A stretch of 63,953 nt of DNA, filler included, from Reticulomyxa filosa (GCA_000512085.1; 24 parts of 24 records of this genome joined end to end with filler, not necessarily neighbours in it); one strand, 5' to 3'. Shown: positions 37,448-52,709, counted from the whole stretch's first letter. Translations and numbers: made by a program. The notes: a model not told the origin generated them from the sequence alone.

Positions 37448-38916
37448 TCATTGGGACACAAGACTAATGCTTCCACTGCAAACCAGATTACTATGGTGTT
37501 TGAGCGACAATTCCAGTTGTCTTTTCTCATTGACCTCATAGATAGTTAGAATTATTCTGTCACAAGCATAGCAAATGCGTTTGTACCAAAACGACGTTTC
37601 CCGTGACATCAGTAGCATACAACAAGCACTCACATTCGACTGTACAACACCAATCCATCCATAGTGGAACACCGCTATAAGTACCATAGTTAGAGCATTA
37701 GCCAGGATAGCTACACAAGATAGAGTAACATAACGAATTGCGACCATTTTGAGTGTATTATCAGTCTGTCCTCTTTTTTTTAACATATATGTTTTTATTA
37801 TTAATAATTCTGTCTCAAAGAAATCAAAGTTAGGAGAAGAAAAAAAGGAGGCAAGGAGGGGGGGGGGGGAGGAAACAACCAATAAAATCAAAATTAATCT
37901 ACATGTACGCATAAAATTTTCGACCCCCCCTCCCTCCCTTATTTTAAAATTATTTGTCCTAAGTGGGCCAGTAGAGATAACAAAACTTAGCGGAAAATAA
38001 GGATAGTTTTTGCAAAGGTCGAATGAACAAATACATGCAGTAGAACTGCAACACACTGTTAAATAGGGACACACAAACCGCAAGAACTTTGTCTTTCGTA
38101 TCGTAATTGGATTCACAGTCTTGATATTTGTTGCTCCATCCTGCGCTCAGCTTGTGAGAGCGAATAGACAGCCAACAACTTGCAAAACCCCAACAAATAG
38201 ACAGCAATGTCCCCAATAATAAGATCAGCTCTTTTTTAACACCAAAAGCTGTTTCTTGATAAACCGTCTACATTTCCCAAAAGATCCAAAAACAAAACCA
38301 CAACAACAATACAAATTGTGTGTATTCTTCAATGACTAATTTTTTTCATGGCTCTTGACTCAAACTTAACGTATAAGCGAATCAACAATAAGCAGCCCCA
38401 TAAATATTGAGCCATTCCATATGTTATCATTTCTGTTGCTTCTACTGTTAAACATCTATACGTTATATTAGTAATTAGTTGTTTTGATCACGTATAACAA
38501 TCTTGTACAATTCTTTTTTTCCCTCTCCCGTCGCCCTACCCTATAGTAATTCACAATCTTTCTATTCGATCCCTCCTCATTCTTTTAGGGATCTCGCCAT
38601 ACCGTGATGCGTGCCCTCCACGTGTTGTCACTTTTTTTCCCTCTTTGCAACCACATACTCATCTCATGAACAACAAAGAACTTAGCGTGAGAAACGAGTG
38701 TATAACGCCATAGTAATTAAATGTGAATACAATGAAATATATCCACACAACAGCTAAATAAAAGCTGGTTGTTAATGTCAACATTAAGATTCCTTTTTGC
38801 TGACGTTTACATTGCCGAAAAACATAATAAAAAGTCAAAATAAATAGTATTACGCAACAAATGCTGCAAATTGCGGTAGCAATAGGCGTATAGTACGGAA
38901 ATCTTGGTATGCCCAT
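37448..38916 (-). CDS. 7TM GPCR-like membrane protein, multi-exon
   Basis: Hydrophobic helices in the ORFs at 38659-38916, 37959-38216 and 37448-37770, a LLIRLYVKF segment, and C-terminal WYKRICYACD. Confidence 0.6.
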
Positions 38917-39267
38917 AGATTTTTTCTAAGGGAAACACTGATCCAGTAGACGTCTTTTTTTTTTTATGAAAAAAATAAGCTGTGTTGGTTATTTTGTCCA
39001 TAAAAGGTTCAAAATCGAAAAATAGAAATATTTTTATAGTTTTCTCATGTCTGTAATTATTATTTAATTACTGGAGAAATTTTTAGCACGAATCAAAAGT
39101 TTTTGTCTCAGAGCTATTCAGCAAAAGGAATGTTTAGGCTTGGAGCAGGCGGCGGTTCTAGACAAAATTTAGCATTTATGGCCCAGCTTATAAAAAAAAA
39201 CTATATTACATATGAAAAAAACAATTTCATACATGAACTTATAGAAGAAAAAAAAAGAGTAGCTAGG

Positions 39268-40685
39268 TTATTCTGTTTGAGGTTGTTGGATGTCGTATTG
39301 TTGAGTGTTATATTGTTGAGTGTCATATTGTTGCGTATCATATTGTTGAGTAGCATACTGTTGCGGTACATTTCCGCTTGTGTCGTAAGAGTAGACCGGT
39401 TGCGACAGAGCTTCATTTTCTTTGGAATCATCTTGTGGGGTAACATTAGAAATAACAGTCGAATTTGTTCCCACGTCTATGAGTTGGATTGGATTCTTTT
39501 GCATAATGTTGGCCACCTGTTTTGAATATCCCAACAATGCCCCATAGTATCGTTGTACACTGGACAATATCTCAGTATTTTTTTTATTTTCCATCTGCTG
39601 CACTGCTTCCTATTTCATCGTGTTTTCACAAAGAAACAAGAGGTGAAAATAATTATAAAAAAATACCCTAGCACGTAGTAGACACAAAAATAACATTACC
39701 AAAAGTTCCTTTCGTAATTGGTTCAATTCATTTTCCTTATTGGTTTTTTTCTGTTGAAGTTCTTGTAACTTTTCGGGAGTAGTCTCCGATTTGTTGGCTT
39801 TGTTCAAGTTATTCACCGCAAAGTCGTATTCTGTTTTGAGATCTGTATATTTCCATTTTAACGCGCTCACCACTTCAATTTCTTTGCGAAACACTTCCAG
39901 CGGTGTCACCAAATGATTTACAAGTTGGCTTAAGTATTCTTGTTCACTCATCTATATACCCCAACAAAAATTCCTGTGGAAGCTGCAGGTACTTGCAAGA
40001 GAGATAAAAAAAAAGTACAACAACATATGAAAGAATCTTCTCCCCCCCCTCTTAAAAAAATAAAACTAATGAAATTAAAATAAATACCAAACGTCAATAG
40101 CAATCATCACTCCACCTAATTGTTTAGTAAATGTCCCCAAGAGATCATTTTCATCGGTTTTCATTTGAGTCGCGGCCTCACTGAAGCTTAAATTTTGTTT
40201 GGCAAATTCTACACGTATACATCATTTGGTTGACCATCAACAATTGACAGTAATACGTAAAAAAAAACCAACAAAGTCTCAAAATTTTATTTTTGCTCAT
40301 TTTTTATTTTTTCAGACATATGCCAGATCACAAAAATCATTTTTATTTTTATGAGATAACCAAATCCGGCTTAATGGTTATATAAGAATACAGACCTGCT
40401 CTAGATTCGTACATTCCTCGGCAAGAAGTCGCCAAGGCCGTAATTTCTGTTTTTGCAACTTTGAGAACCTTTGTTTTTTCAACTTTGTTTTAGCACTTCT
40501 GTTTTAAAAATGCTTAATGAACTAACTTCCATGGCCTGAAGGACCTCTGGCAATTCTTCGGTGGACTCGACACCTAATTTTGAAGCAGAGTACTGCTTAG
40601 CTTTGACGTAGCCATGAGATATAGATTTGGATGCGGATTTAGTCGCTTTTTCAACAGAATTCAAAAACTTGTTGAATGTAGTCAT
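39268..40685 (-). CDS. BAR-domain protein, multi-exon
   Basis: YVKAKQYSASKLG.ESTEE N-terminal amphipathic segment, EQEYLSQLVNHLVTPLEVF and YTDLKTEYDFA. Confidence 0.7.
39288..39363 (-). repeat. 15-bp coding tandem repeat x5 (QQY[ADN]T)
   Basis: PQQYATQQYDTQQYDTQQYNTQQYDIQQ at the C-terminus of the BAR protein. Confidence 0.9.
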
Positions 40686-41328
40686 AATCTTCACTTATTT
40701 TTGTTAGCGTAAAAAGTCCTTACTCCCAGAGTTGACCCGTCAAGTCAGCAAATGTTTATATTTGTTCGTTTTAGATAGATATTATTTTGCTGTTTGTAAA
40801 TTTTGCTAACAGTAGTTTTGGTTTGTGATTTATACAATATATATTATATAACATCGTTGTTCTTTCGTTGTTCATTCAATGCTATTTCATTCTTTCACAA
40901 TATTGGGACGAAATGGCTTGCAGAATTGATTGTTTGACATGATGACGTGTGCATTGATACAGCAAACGGCAGAGCGGTGTTTTGTCTTTGTGGTGATATT
41001 AGTGTCCTTTTTTTTTTTTGCGAAATTATTCCACTCTTTTTCTCTAAAGATCTTATAATGGTCGTAGGTGGTGCCTTTTAAGATCAATAAACTTTCCTTG
41101 CTTAATTTTGCTTGAATTTGTCATTGTACAAATAGTATGTAATAATCAGGCAGTTATCCACTGCAAACACAAACAATCAAGAACAAGAACTGCCATTCAA
41201 AAATCTACTTCTTTTACAACCATAGACAAAATCAAAAAAATTTCTAAGACAAAACATTACTGCTACACATTGCAAATCCAGGTTTAAATGTTTAAATCAG
41301 TACTGAAGGTTGAACTTAACAAGTGTGA

Positions 41329-42046
41329 TTATTCCACACCAAGCCATCCAAGCCAACGTTTTTGTTTGTTGTTGGAGTGTGCTTCATCTACTTTCGAGAG
41401 ATGACTTGCTTGTGATCCAGAAGATTCGGACAAAGGACGTTCATCGTCGTCGATAGCATCAACCACACTCCAAATATTTTCTACTTCGATTGAGATCAAC
41501 ACCTCTCCTTTATTTTCAGGAAATGGATTATTTTGCTCATCGCACAAGCTCAGCCATCTTTTCTGCATATTTTCAGAATGTATGTCAATTTTTACCTTAT
41601 GCTGACCAATGAAATCGTTACTTGACAATGGATTCCAGTCCATGACTTCAAATCTAATCGAGAATCCAGCTATTTTGTGGTAACAGCAATAGATATTTTA
41701 GGCCACATGTTTTATTTTCTTTAAATAAAGTGATAAATTTAAGAAACAACTAAACAAGCTTTTTTGATTGCACGGAATATGTTGTCACTCAAATCAAAAT
41801 CTAATGCCTGTTGCCACGCAGGATCAAAAGTTTTTCGAACGATACGTGTCGACTTGGTAATGCCATGAACGGTGACTTTCACGTCTGTGGCAACAAAGAT
41901 ACAAAAAAACAAAACAAATGAGCGTTTATATATGTTGGAACACGTATACCTACAAGTCAAACTCAACAAGGGTCCATAGATCGGCCAGAGTCCGAGGGCA
42001 CAAGATTTTTGGCAGTATGTACAACCACTCTCAAAATGCTGTTCAT
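41329..42046 (-). CDS. C2-domain protein, 3 exons
   Basis: LRVVVHTAKNLVPSD..SMDP|.VKVTV...STRIVRKTFDPAW and IRFEVMDWNPLSSNDFIG. Confidence 0.88.
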
Positions 42047-42172
42047 ATTGTGGAAATCGATTAACTATTTTTTTATTTTTTTTTGTTTTGATTGACTAAC
42101 TGATTGGTTGATTGGTTGATTGGTTGATTGGTTGGTGAATCGGAAAGGGAAAAAAAAAAGTATAGATTATTG

Positions 42173-43250
42173 CTAAACTAAAGGTTGATTCTTGTTGCGA
42201 TACTGGAGAAAGTTTTCCACATAGGTTTGAGCTTCCTCGTCAGCACGATGTGTCAGCACATGCAGAATGAGATGATCATGAATGCGCGAAAGTTGATTTC
42301 TTTGTTGAGTCGGCGAGACAGTGGACAGCAATTTAATATCATCTTTTTTCCCACTGTGACGGCCATGACCAGATTTGCTTTTCGATTCGTCGGCTTCTTT
42401 TTGTTCGGTTTGTGCAGTCTCTTGACTTTCCAGTTTTGACCGCTCTGCCATGACCAGTATGTGTTGATGAAACAACTCATTGTTTGGAGTTTCCATCAAC
42501 TTTAGCACTTGATAGTAAGGATACAGGGAATGATCTTCATTATCCAAAGGATAGCGTTCCGTGTCGAAATCGATGGCATTGAAGCTTTTCAAAATCTCCA
42601 GCAACTCATTGAAATCTCTGACAATCAACGGAGTGTCTTGCACGCGAAACATACGCGAAGTTCGACCAACCAACACTTGGCGCATGCGTTGTGCATAAAG
42701 TGATGCAATGCAACATGTCAACGCCCGTATATCTTTGTGTCGCAAATAGTTGTCACACGTGGTCAGATATTCAAACACTTTTTGCAGTAAACCCACTTTA
42801 ATCGCCGTGGTGGACTCCATTCTCCCTGGTCGGTACAATTCCAACGCAAAAAAATATTGGTTTTGCACGTGCACAAATTGAACCGCCATATGTGCGACCG
42901 CACGACGCAATGAGGTATTCACAGCCTCTTTCGACTCGGTCACAAACTTGTATGCTGCTTGCAGCAGTTGCTGGCGATATTCTTCGTGTTTTTCCTTTAA
43001 GTACTACATGATTTGAAGTCATTCCAAAAAAAAAAACCAGAGTTACTCGATGACAATCTTTATATTATATTTTCTTAAAAAAAAAAGAAATGTTTATGTA
43101 ACTGGCTCTTTTGGTTCTTCTAAGCCTTGTACATACTGCAGCAGCCTCTGACCAAACTCGCCTACAATCTCCAACACTCTTGAAATGCTGGATAGCTTTA
43201 CACAGATGTGCTTTAGCTCTTTTTTAAATTGTGCGTCTTCCAACATAGGC
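42173..43250 (-). CDS. Hypothetical helical protein, C-terminal exons
   Basis: 256-aa ORF plus upstream spliced segments with coding-like composition. No family recognised. Confidence 0.55.
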
Positions 43251-44037
43251 CTATGTGTGTGTGTGTGTTGTTTTTTTTTTTTTATATCAAGTTTTGAAAT
43301 ACAAGTGTATTGACCACTTTGTGTCCTTATTTTTTTTTTTTAAATTTAAANNNNNNNNNNNNNNNNNNNNNNNNNNNNNNNNNNNNNNNNNNNNTTAATT
43401 AATTAANNNNNNNNNNNNNNNNNNNNNNNNNNNNNNNNNNNNNNNNNNNNTCCTATGTTATGGAACAAAATACTCATTACTTTATACATTCCTTGCCAAT
43501 AACACAAAAACAGCAAAGACTGTAACTTGACGACGTTCAATTTTTTTGCAATAGTTCAACACGTTTGCTAATAACGTCAAAATGATGTTTCGTCTGTGAA
43601 ACAAAATGCTCTTTTAATTCTTCCATTAAGCAATGGTAATTATCGATTTTCCAATTTTTTTTTGGTTAGAGTTTTTAAACGTGAAAAGACGCTGGGAAAG
43701 TTTGGACAAAAGCAAGCGACTTTGTTGTCAAAGAATCTAATCAGGAAAGTTGAAATTATGATTTTTAAAAAGAAAGACAAAGTGATGCCTTTTTAAGAAA
43801 TTTCCAATAACTTCTGGACTCTCCATTTTAAAAACTTGCTACTCTTTTCTTTACGATTCAAGATTGGTTTGTTGAGAGAGTTGATATTTTTTTTCCAGTA
43901 AAAAAGATTTGAAATTTTCTGAATGTAAAGCTTTTAGTTAACTACTTGTCGTGTTCACGGGCTGAGTTACGTTGAAAGGCAATACCCTTTTATTTTGGTT
44001 TAAAAGATTAGTTATATTTTCAGTACATTTTGCAATC

Positions 44038-45265
44038 ATGTCATCTTCCGCCACAACATCCTCTTCCGTAACTTCACAAAAGTTTTGGGGGATGATGAAA
44101 TCACTGAATACGGCAGTCCAGAAATTAGTTTCAAAAGGATAAAGAGGCTGAGCAAAACGAAGAGAAAAAAGTGGACGACAAGGAGGATGCTAATGTAATG
44201 GAAAATGGGGGAGAAAAAGAATCTGACAATGACATATCATCGTTGTGGGTGCTAATAAGCAAGATTCCGGCAATACTGAAGCCACAGCCACCAAAGCAAG
44301 AAGAGGACAAGCCCAGCAGTATTAAAATTGGGCCACAGTGTCAAGAGTATCTACAGTTATTGTTGGAGAAGCAATACCATCGACACCCTCCCATCCCACC
44401 GATCAAAGTACCATTAGCCGAATGGTTGGCATATACACATATATATATATATATATATATGTATATGCATATACATATATGTATATATCTAAATATCTTT
44501 TTTGCATTCCATTCACACATACACACATAAGCACATGGCAAAATGAATACAATCCAAACAAACAAACAAACAAACAAATAAAAAAAAGCAATGTGAATAA
44601 CCTGTTGACACCGACATTGATAACGCAAATACTCTCTTTTTTGCCAATTGAATCCTTGCTGTCAATCCAAGCGATTGACGACCAATACTTTACATTGGCG
44701 AACCAAGTCCTTTACAATAGGTTGGGATTGGCATTGACTTGAAGTCGTACATGCACACACGCCTAATGTGCACACATATACATATACATACATGTAAATG
44801 TAAATTGTAAATGTTTATGTAAATGTTCAGCCTTACATATTTTCCACTTTTTTTTTTAAAGCAATCAATTTGGGGAGAAAAAAAAAAAAAAAAAAAGTTG
44901 TGACAATGACCTCTCGTTAAACAAAACAAAACAAAACAAAAAAATGTAAATAGACGATATTTGCGCAAGTGTGCAAGACGTGGTTTTTATAACCGCCCTT
45001 TGGTGTGGCCATGGCTCGTTTCCGATTCCATGGACAAATTCTGTGACGTCTATGTGGTCCGTTGTCTTTATTTTTTTTTTAATCATTCATTGAGCTGTTA
45101 GATACATATGTATATATATATATATATATATATATTCTTTTTTTTTTTTTGTTTCGATCGTCGTATTTATGCAAGAAACTTAATCAAAAAAAAAAAAAAA
45201 AAAGGAAAAACTGGCTCAATGGCGAGCAGTAGAGAATGGTGAAATGGACAAAGTGGAAGAAATGA
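44038..45265 (+). CDS. F-box-containing protein, possibly followed by the start of a TBC/Rab-GAP domain; partial
   Basis: LLTPTLITQILSFLPIESLLSIQAID (F-box). The next exon reads YLRKCARRGFYNRPLVWPWL. A probable homopolymer frameshift lies near 44135. Confidence 0.55.
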
Positions 45266-45365
45266 NNNNNNNNNNNNNNNNNNNNNNNNNNNNNNNNNNN
45301 NNNNNNNNNTTAATTAATTAANNNNNNNNNNNNNNNNNNNNNNNNNNNNNNNNNNNNNNNNNNNN

Positions 45366-45399
<34 letters not shown>

Positions 45400-45439
45400 A
45401 AAGGGGTAAAAATTTTAGAGATAATAGTATTAAAAAAAT

Positions 45440-46547
45440 GTTTACCAATGCGCAAGCATCTCAAGTACGTCTGTCGACCCGATTGTTTGCTGACACACTT
45501 GGCATGATTTTTATGAGTGCGCAAAATTTCATACTCTTTTCCATTGTCGAGTTGGATGACGCCTGATTTGGAAATGCTTTCGATTTTGTCGGACAAATGT
45601 TGGACAAATGAAATCCATCGATTGTTTTCCATGCTCTGCCAACACATTTTCGGCTTTTGAGGAAACTTGGATCGCACAATTGGAGCGAGTTTCTTTATTG
45701 ATAAGTTGCACGTCTTTTCCAATTGTTGCTTTGTCTCTGTTGCTGCAGAAGCTGAGTTCAATCTTTTTTTTTTTTTTTTGAAATTTAAAAATAAAAAAGT
45801 AAATAAATAAATTAATTTCAAAAAAAAAGGGGAAAAAAAAAAACCTGATATAAGCCATGTGATGTGGATAGACCAAATGAATGGAAAGGACTTGATTGAG
45901 TAACGACGGCGTGAGCAGCTTTTTGAAGTAATCAATGGAGCAATTTTCAGGTAATTTTTGCGCGGACAAAACGTTTGAAATGAAGCGCTTTTGGTAGCAT
46001 TGCACCTCTAATTTTTCAATTTGATGCACATTGATCTGTCTTGCGGCCTATAAGTAATACGTACGTATATATGTATATACGTATAATTTTTTTTTTTGAT
46101 AGAAAAAAAAAAATGCACAAAAATAACTAATAATGCTTGTCTTGGGTTTTGCATTTGCACAAAACCAGTGTTAAACTCATGGAAGCCATTGTTGCCCACA
46201 TAAGAGGTAATCTTGGCGCTGACAACAGTGCCAAAGTGACTGAACACGTTTGCCAATTTGTCTTTGTCCCAATTTTTGGGTACTTTTTGGACATGAAGTG
46301 ACGATGTGAAGTCGACGCTGTCATCGTCATAAATATTACTATTGTCATTGTTATTATCATTACTATTGTCGTTGTCATGATTGCTCTCGTGACTGCGACG
46401 ATAACTGTGACGATCAAGTCCGACCAGTTCTTCTTTGGAACATAGCTTGGAGATATCGGAAGCGCTACGTAAGCCAAGCTTTTTGTTTGCAAGTGTGGAC
46501 GTCGAGACAGCTGTGGCCAAAGGACTGCCAAAGTTATTGCTGTTGTT

Positions 46548-46582
<35 letters not shown>

Positions 46583-47127
46583 CAATGATCTTTTGCCACG
46601 ATGACGAAAGCGAGCTCTTTGCAAATGCCGTTTGCGACATTCGAATCATCGATAGGTTGTCATTAAACGTCCATTCCGAATTCTCGCTAAACGGCCCGTC
46701 TTTCGAAAGTAGTTCGAGAGACGCTTGCGCATCTTTTGCGTTGGCCTCTTCGCCACTGAATCTTTTGTCGTCTGATGATTATTCATTCCAATCAAAATGA
46801 TATTGTCATTTATTTTTTTTTTTTTTGCACTAAAAAAAAAAAAAAAAAAAAACAAAATGTTTTTGAATACATCTATGGAATGTAACAAACGAGAAGGATG
46901 TGGATCTTGCAATGCTTGTGGCCTGGGATCTTGAACTGGAGAAGAGCTATCCAATAGCGTCGGATAAGAGTTTGGTGGACTCACGTGTTGCAACAATGCA
47001 TTGGCATTGTCCCAATGAACCACATTGGATGATGATGATGATGATATGTCAGTCGGCAGTGGTGGATATTGACCCGGATACGTGGGTCCCTTTTTTTTTT
47101 GGATATTGTTGTTGTTGTTGTCAGTAT
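45440..47127 (-). CDS. RRM-containing RNA-binding protein, internal exons
   Basis: SLHVQKVPKNWDKDKLANVFSHFGTVVSAKI...TGFVQM, then a second degenerate RRM ending MAYI|RLNS. Confidence 0.75.
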
Positions 47128-47506
47128 NNNNNNNNNNNNNNNNNNNNNNNNNNNNNNNNNNNNNNNNNNNNTTAATTAATTAANNNNNNNNNNNNNNNNN
47201 NNNNNNNNNNNNNNNNNNNNNNNNNNNGACATTGGTCCATGGAGTTTTTTGAATTCGTTCTTCACGAGGAACAAAAAATTCTGCAAATACTTGTTATTGC
47301 TATTAACATTTTGTTGCCTTTTTTTTTAAAAAAAAAAAAAAACACCAGAAACAAACCATCCCCCCTTTTCAATTTAATCATAAGTGTTTTCACTTTTATT
47401 TTGCAATTTGTGTCTTTGTTTATTGGAAAAAATAAAACAAAAGGATACATTTCGTGTCCATTCTTTCCCTCCCCCTTTTTTTAAAAGAAAAGCGCATATC
47501 ATTAAC

Positions 47507-48431
<925 letters not shown>

Positions 48432-49292
48432 TTAGAGAAGGGACCAACATAAAACAACAAAAAAGGGGTCTACCGTTTTGTTTGTTCTAAAACGTGACAC
48501 AAAAACAATAGTCAAATCATGCACTTTTTCATGTTACATTCACTACTAGAGTATTTATCTATTGCTTGAAAGGTGTGAAAAAAATCACAAAATACTTGTT
48601 ATTAAGAAAGTTTAATACAATTTGTCCACTTCCTGTATCTAAAATGGAAACTTTGAGATTCTCAAAGTTATATATACTCAATCCAATAGCTAAATCAAAC
48701 GAACATTAACTCAAGAACATATCAAGCCCAACCGAAAACGGTAGTTATGCTGATATTTTTGTAACATTTAAACCTAAAAGCAAGCAAAATTTTTAATTTG
48801 TCTTTCACTTTGAGTTATAAGCATTTAATTATGCTTTGTGTTTATATTTCTTGAAGAAAAAAGAATTAAAGTAAATCAATATATCTTAAGTTTTGAAAAT
48901 TCAAAAATTAAAACAAAAGCAAACAGCTTGATTGACACATGGATGTAGTTTTCACATCGAAAAGTAAGTTGTCCTCTTAAGGTTCAAATCAACAAAAAGA
49001 TTCGAAATTTCTACATTTTTTTGTTGTTTTTTTTGTGGAAATGTTATTTTTTCAAGTTTTTTTCATTTTGGTATTTTTTTAATTTGTCGCTTTGTGATAT
49101 TTCCCTTTGACAAGAAAAGAGTTCTTTTCAAGGAAAATGAGAGTCAACACAGTTGCATAATCGCAGCCATTGAAATGTAGAAAATATGCTCGTTGGTTGC
49201 ATTAGTTTTGAAATAAAGTTTTTATGTGTAATATTTAAACGAAAATATGAAGGACCCTTATAAAAGCAAAGGCAGAACTTACAAAAAATATA

Positions 49293-50012
49293 TTAAAAAA
49301 AAATCAAAAAAATGAAAGGAATGAGTTTGTATCGAACAAGTTTGGAATACTGTTCATACTCATTTCCGAAATTGTCATTCATCATTTTTTCTTCACCTTG
49401 AATTCTCAAAGGCAGCATAATGGACAAAGCAATGGCATAAACAGTAATAAAATAGTTGTTGAAGAACAACGCGTCTCCGATAGTGTACAACAGCATACCA
49501 GCATATCCTGGATGTCTTACGATGCTATACGGCCAATCGGTAACGACTTTGTGTGTATCTCGTATCGCCAAGGTATGTGTGAAATACTCACCCAATACGT
49601 ATTTACTGTATTGTCGGAGACAATGCCCAAAGATTGAAATACCCAGACCGACTGTTTGCAGGCGTGTCAGTTTCACATTTGCAACGCCTTTAGTGTAGAT
49701 TTTATAAAAATACGTGCCAATTCCTCCAATCAAGCATCCGTTCATTCCCAATAAATAACCAATAACTAGAATTTTTTCTATTTTTGTCCATTTATTTTTA
49801 TACTTATTTCTTCCAATTAACCTATTTTTTTAAAAGCAACTTATGAGCGAAGGTTTTGTTGCCACTACTGCGGACTGTTCAGTGACGTTGTATTGTTCCT
49901 TCACTTCGGCCTGCTTTGGTGCTGGTGCTGGACGCAGCTCAAATAAATTGAAAGCTAATTTGAGCACGCCTAACAATAGGGGCGCTGACGTGCGTATATC
50001 TGAGGTATTCAT
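49293..50012 (-). CDS. Isoprenylcysteine carboxyl methyltransferase-family membrane protein, 2 exons
   Basis: LGEYFT...HKVVTDWPYSIVRHPGYAG...RIQGEEKMMNDNFGNEYEQYSK.VRYKLIPFI. Confidence 0.85.
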
Positions 50013-50486
50013 TTTTTTCTTTATAGTGTTTACGCACGACTGTTGTTTGAAACAAATAAAAATGTGCTCAGAAAAGGAACGTCTTAAATTAGTTTGCAAA
50101 CTTGTAGTCATTTGATATATTTGCAAATGTCATACACCAATATCTGACAAATGAGCACTGCTTGGCGTGCCTCTCAAGGTTTACTGCGTTACGAAATTAT
50201 TTGTTGGAAAGGGAGAGCAAATTGCTAATGGATTAGTGTACAATTCTATTATTTCCTAAATATGTTTTATTTTTTTGACTTTCACCCTTTCCTTTGAGGA
50301 AAAACGAACCAAAGTAACCAAAGCAAAACGAGTATATTGTCATAATAACAACATTAACGAAAGAGAAATACTAAACTTAAAGAACACAGAAAGGAAAAAA
50401 AAAAGATGGAGTCATTGCGCTTGTGCACAAACAACTCCCAAATTTGTTTTTGACTTTACCCAAGAGAAAAAAAAAGAAAGAAATTT

Positions 50487-51807
50487 TCACAAATCAATTA
50501 CTTCTTCAGAGTCACTAGAGCACAGAGGTGTGGGATCATTGTTGTTATTATTGCCCTCACCAAAAGGTGTAAGATTGTTGTGTTTTGAGCCATAGAATCT
50601 CGTGCCATGAGTTCGTTGCGTAGGCGTGAGAACAGGACGACACAAGAATTCTTGTTTGGTGGACTTGATGATTTTGTTATTACCATTGCTGTCATTATTA
50701 TAGTTATAGTTATTGTTGTTATGGAATTTTTGTGGACTTGTATAGTGTGGCAGTTGTTGTTTTCGTCGACGTTCGTTACGAATACGACGCAAGTCTTCAC
50801 TCGTCCATTTTCGTCGCGTCATATGTGTGGCATCAGTTGCGGCGATCAATCGAGACTGAGATAACGAGCTAATGTTGGCAGGATGGTTGAGCCGAACTAA
50901 AGGAATCTTGCGGGACGCGACAAGAGTAGGAGGATGTTGCTCACTGTCATGACCCACCTGAATGGAACAACTGCGAGATTCTTTTGTGTGGACCCTTTTG
51001 GAATCAAGTTCGAACGAATTGCAATGCTTGGACGACATGATGCCATGGCTCTGCTGTCGGAGCAACGGAAAACGCTCTTTGTTCTCGTGGACATTGGCTA
51101 GGATGGCAGGTCGCCTTCGCTGACTCAGCAAATTGGAATCGCTTTGAGCGGTCACGGACATGAGCGAAGGAAAAGAAGGCGGTGGAGGTGGAGGGAGAAG
51201 CGGTGGTGGTGGTGGTGGTGGTGGTAGTAGTGGGCAGTCCATGTGGCAATAGCGTGAAGAGATAGACAATGGAGAATTTTTAAGGAGTTGCTTGCCAGCC
51301 ATGCTTGGACTGGAAGTGGATTGTTGTTTATTTGTTTGTGGCGTTATACAAGAAGGAACAATATGATGAGTTTCACGTCGTACCTCTTTTTCGTCTTCGT
51401 CTTCGTCGTCATTGTCATTGTCATCGTCGGTGGATATCGTAGCTATTCGATCATTGATATTAACATTAGTATTGGCTTTGACATTGACATTGACATTAAC
51501 ATTAACATTGATATTTTTGCCTTTGGACAGATCGCAATGTCCAATTTGATCGCTATCAATGGACGGCGTTGGCGTAATGAGTTTACAAAAACTGGCCATG
51601 GAAGATTTGGCATTGTCGACACGGTCATGTTCGACAGGAGTTTGATGGCGTTTGGAGTGGATTGCCATGGCATGAATGCGGATATTCAGACCATTGTCAC
51701 TGGGTTGACTGACACTGCAATTGGTGTGATCACTTTGGCTTTGTCTTAGAGATGTGCCATCTTGTTGCGATTGCAATTGCAATTGTGATTGTGATTGTGA
51801 TGATGAC

Positions 51808-51838
<31 letters not shown>

Positions 51839-52500
51839 GATGATGGTGATATGAATATTGATATTGGTATCCATGTTGATAATGCGATTGCAAATCAGAC
51901 ACACTGTTGCTCGGACTGCACTCTTTGATTAGGACTGTGTCGGTGTCGCTGTTGTCACTACTGTCCATAGTGTCACATCCGGAGTGGCTTTGATCACTAT
52001 GACGTCGCTTCGACGACGACGCAGGCTCGTCCATCGTCACCACGAGCCATTGCGACGACTTCTGCTTTTCGAGCAGTACTTGGTTCAACTTCATCAAGCT
52101 TTGCTTGTAGTGCTTCACATGTTGCGACGCGACCACCACTGCAGAGTTGTCATCGTTGTCGTTGTTGTCACCAGACTTGGTTGCAACGGCTGTACACTCA
52201 CGATGCAGGGGTTCATGTGTATGCGTGTGCGTGGGATGGCCACATTCAGGATTCTGCAATATGTGATGTGCAATCGAGTCCATGTTCCAAGAGCCCATTT
52301 GCTGTTGCTTTTTCCTTTTCTTGTGCGACAGCATCGTCATCCAATGCATCGAAAACAGTCGATTGGACGTCGGCGTCAGCCACGAGCAATACTCAATGTC
52401 ATGAAAATTCCAATACCGAGTCTCGTACGAGTCGTCCATCATTTGCAGTATAAAGTCCCGTGCTTGTGGTGATATGTTGTTACAATTTCTTACCGATCTG
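50487..52500 (-). CDS. Probable protein kinase last exon with a ~620-aa low-complexity tail
   Basis: NISPQARDFILQMMDDSYETR...CSWL resembles kinase subdomain XI. It is followed by poly-Q, poly-P, (NV)n and acidic runs. Confidence 0.55.
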
Positions 52501-52709
52501 AGTTACATTTTGTTTTTTGTTTTAATATTTAAAAACTTGTATTTATATATTATTTCATTCCAAAAAAAAAAAAAAAAAATTTACAAACAGTNNNNNNNNN
52601 NNNNNNNNNNNNNNNNNNNNNNNNNNNNNNNNNNNTTAATTAATTAANNNNNNNNNNNNNNNNNNNNNNNNNNNNNNNNNNNNNNNNNNNNAATCTTCAC
52701 GAATGAAAG

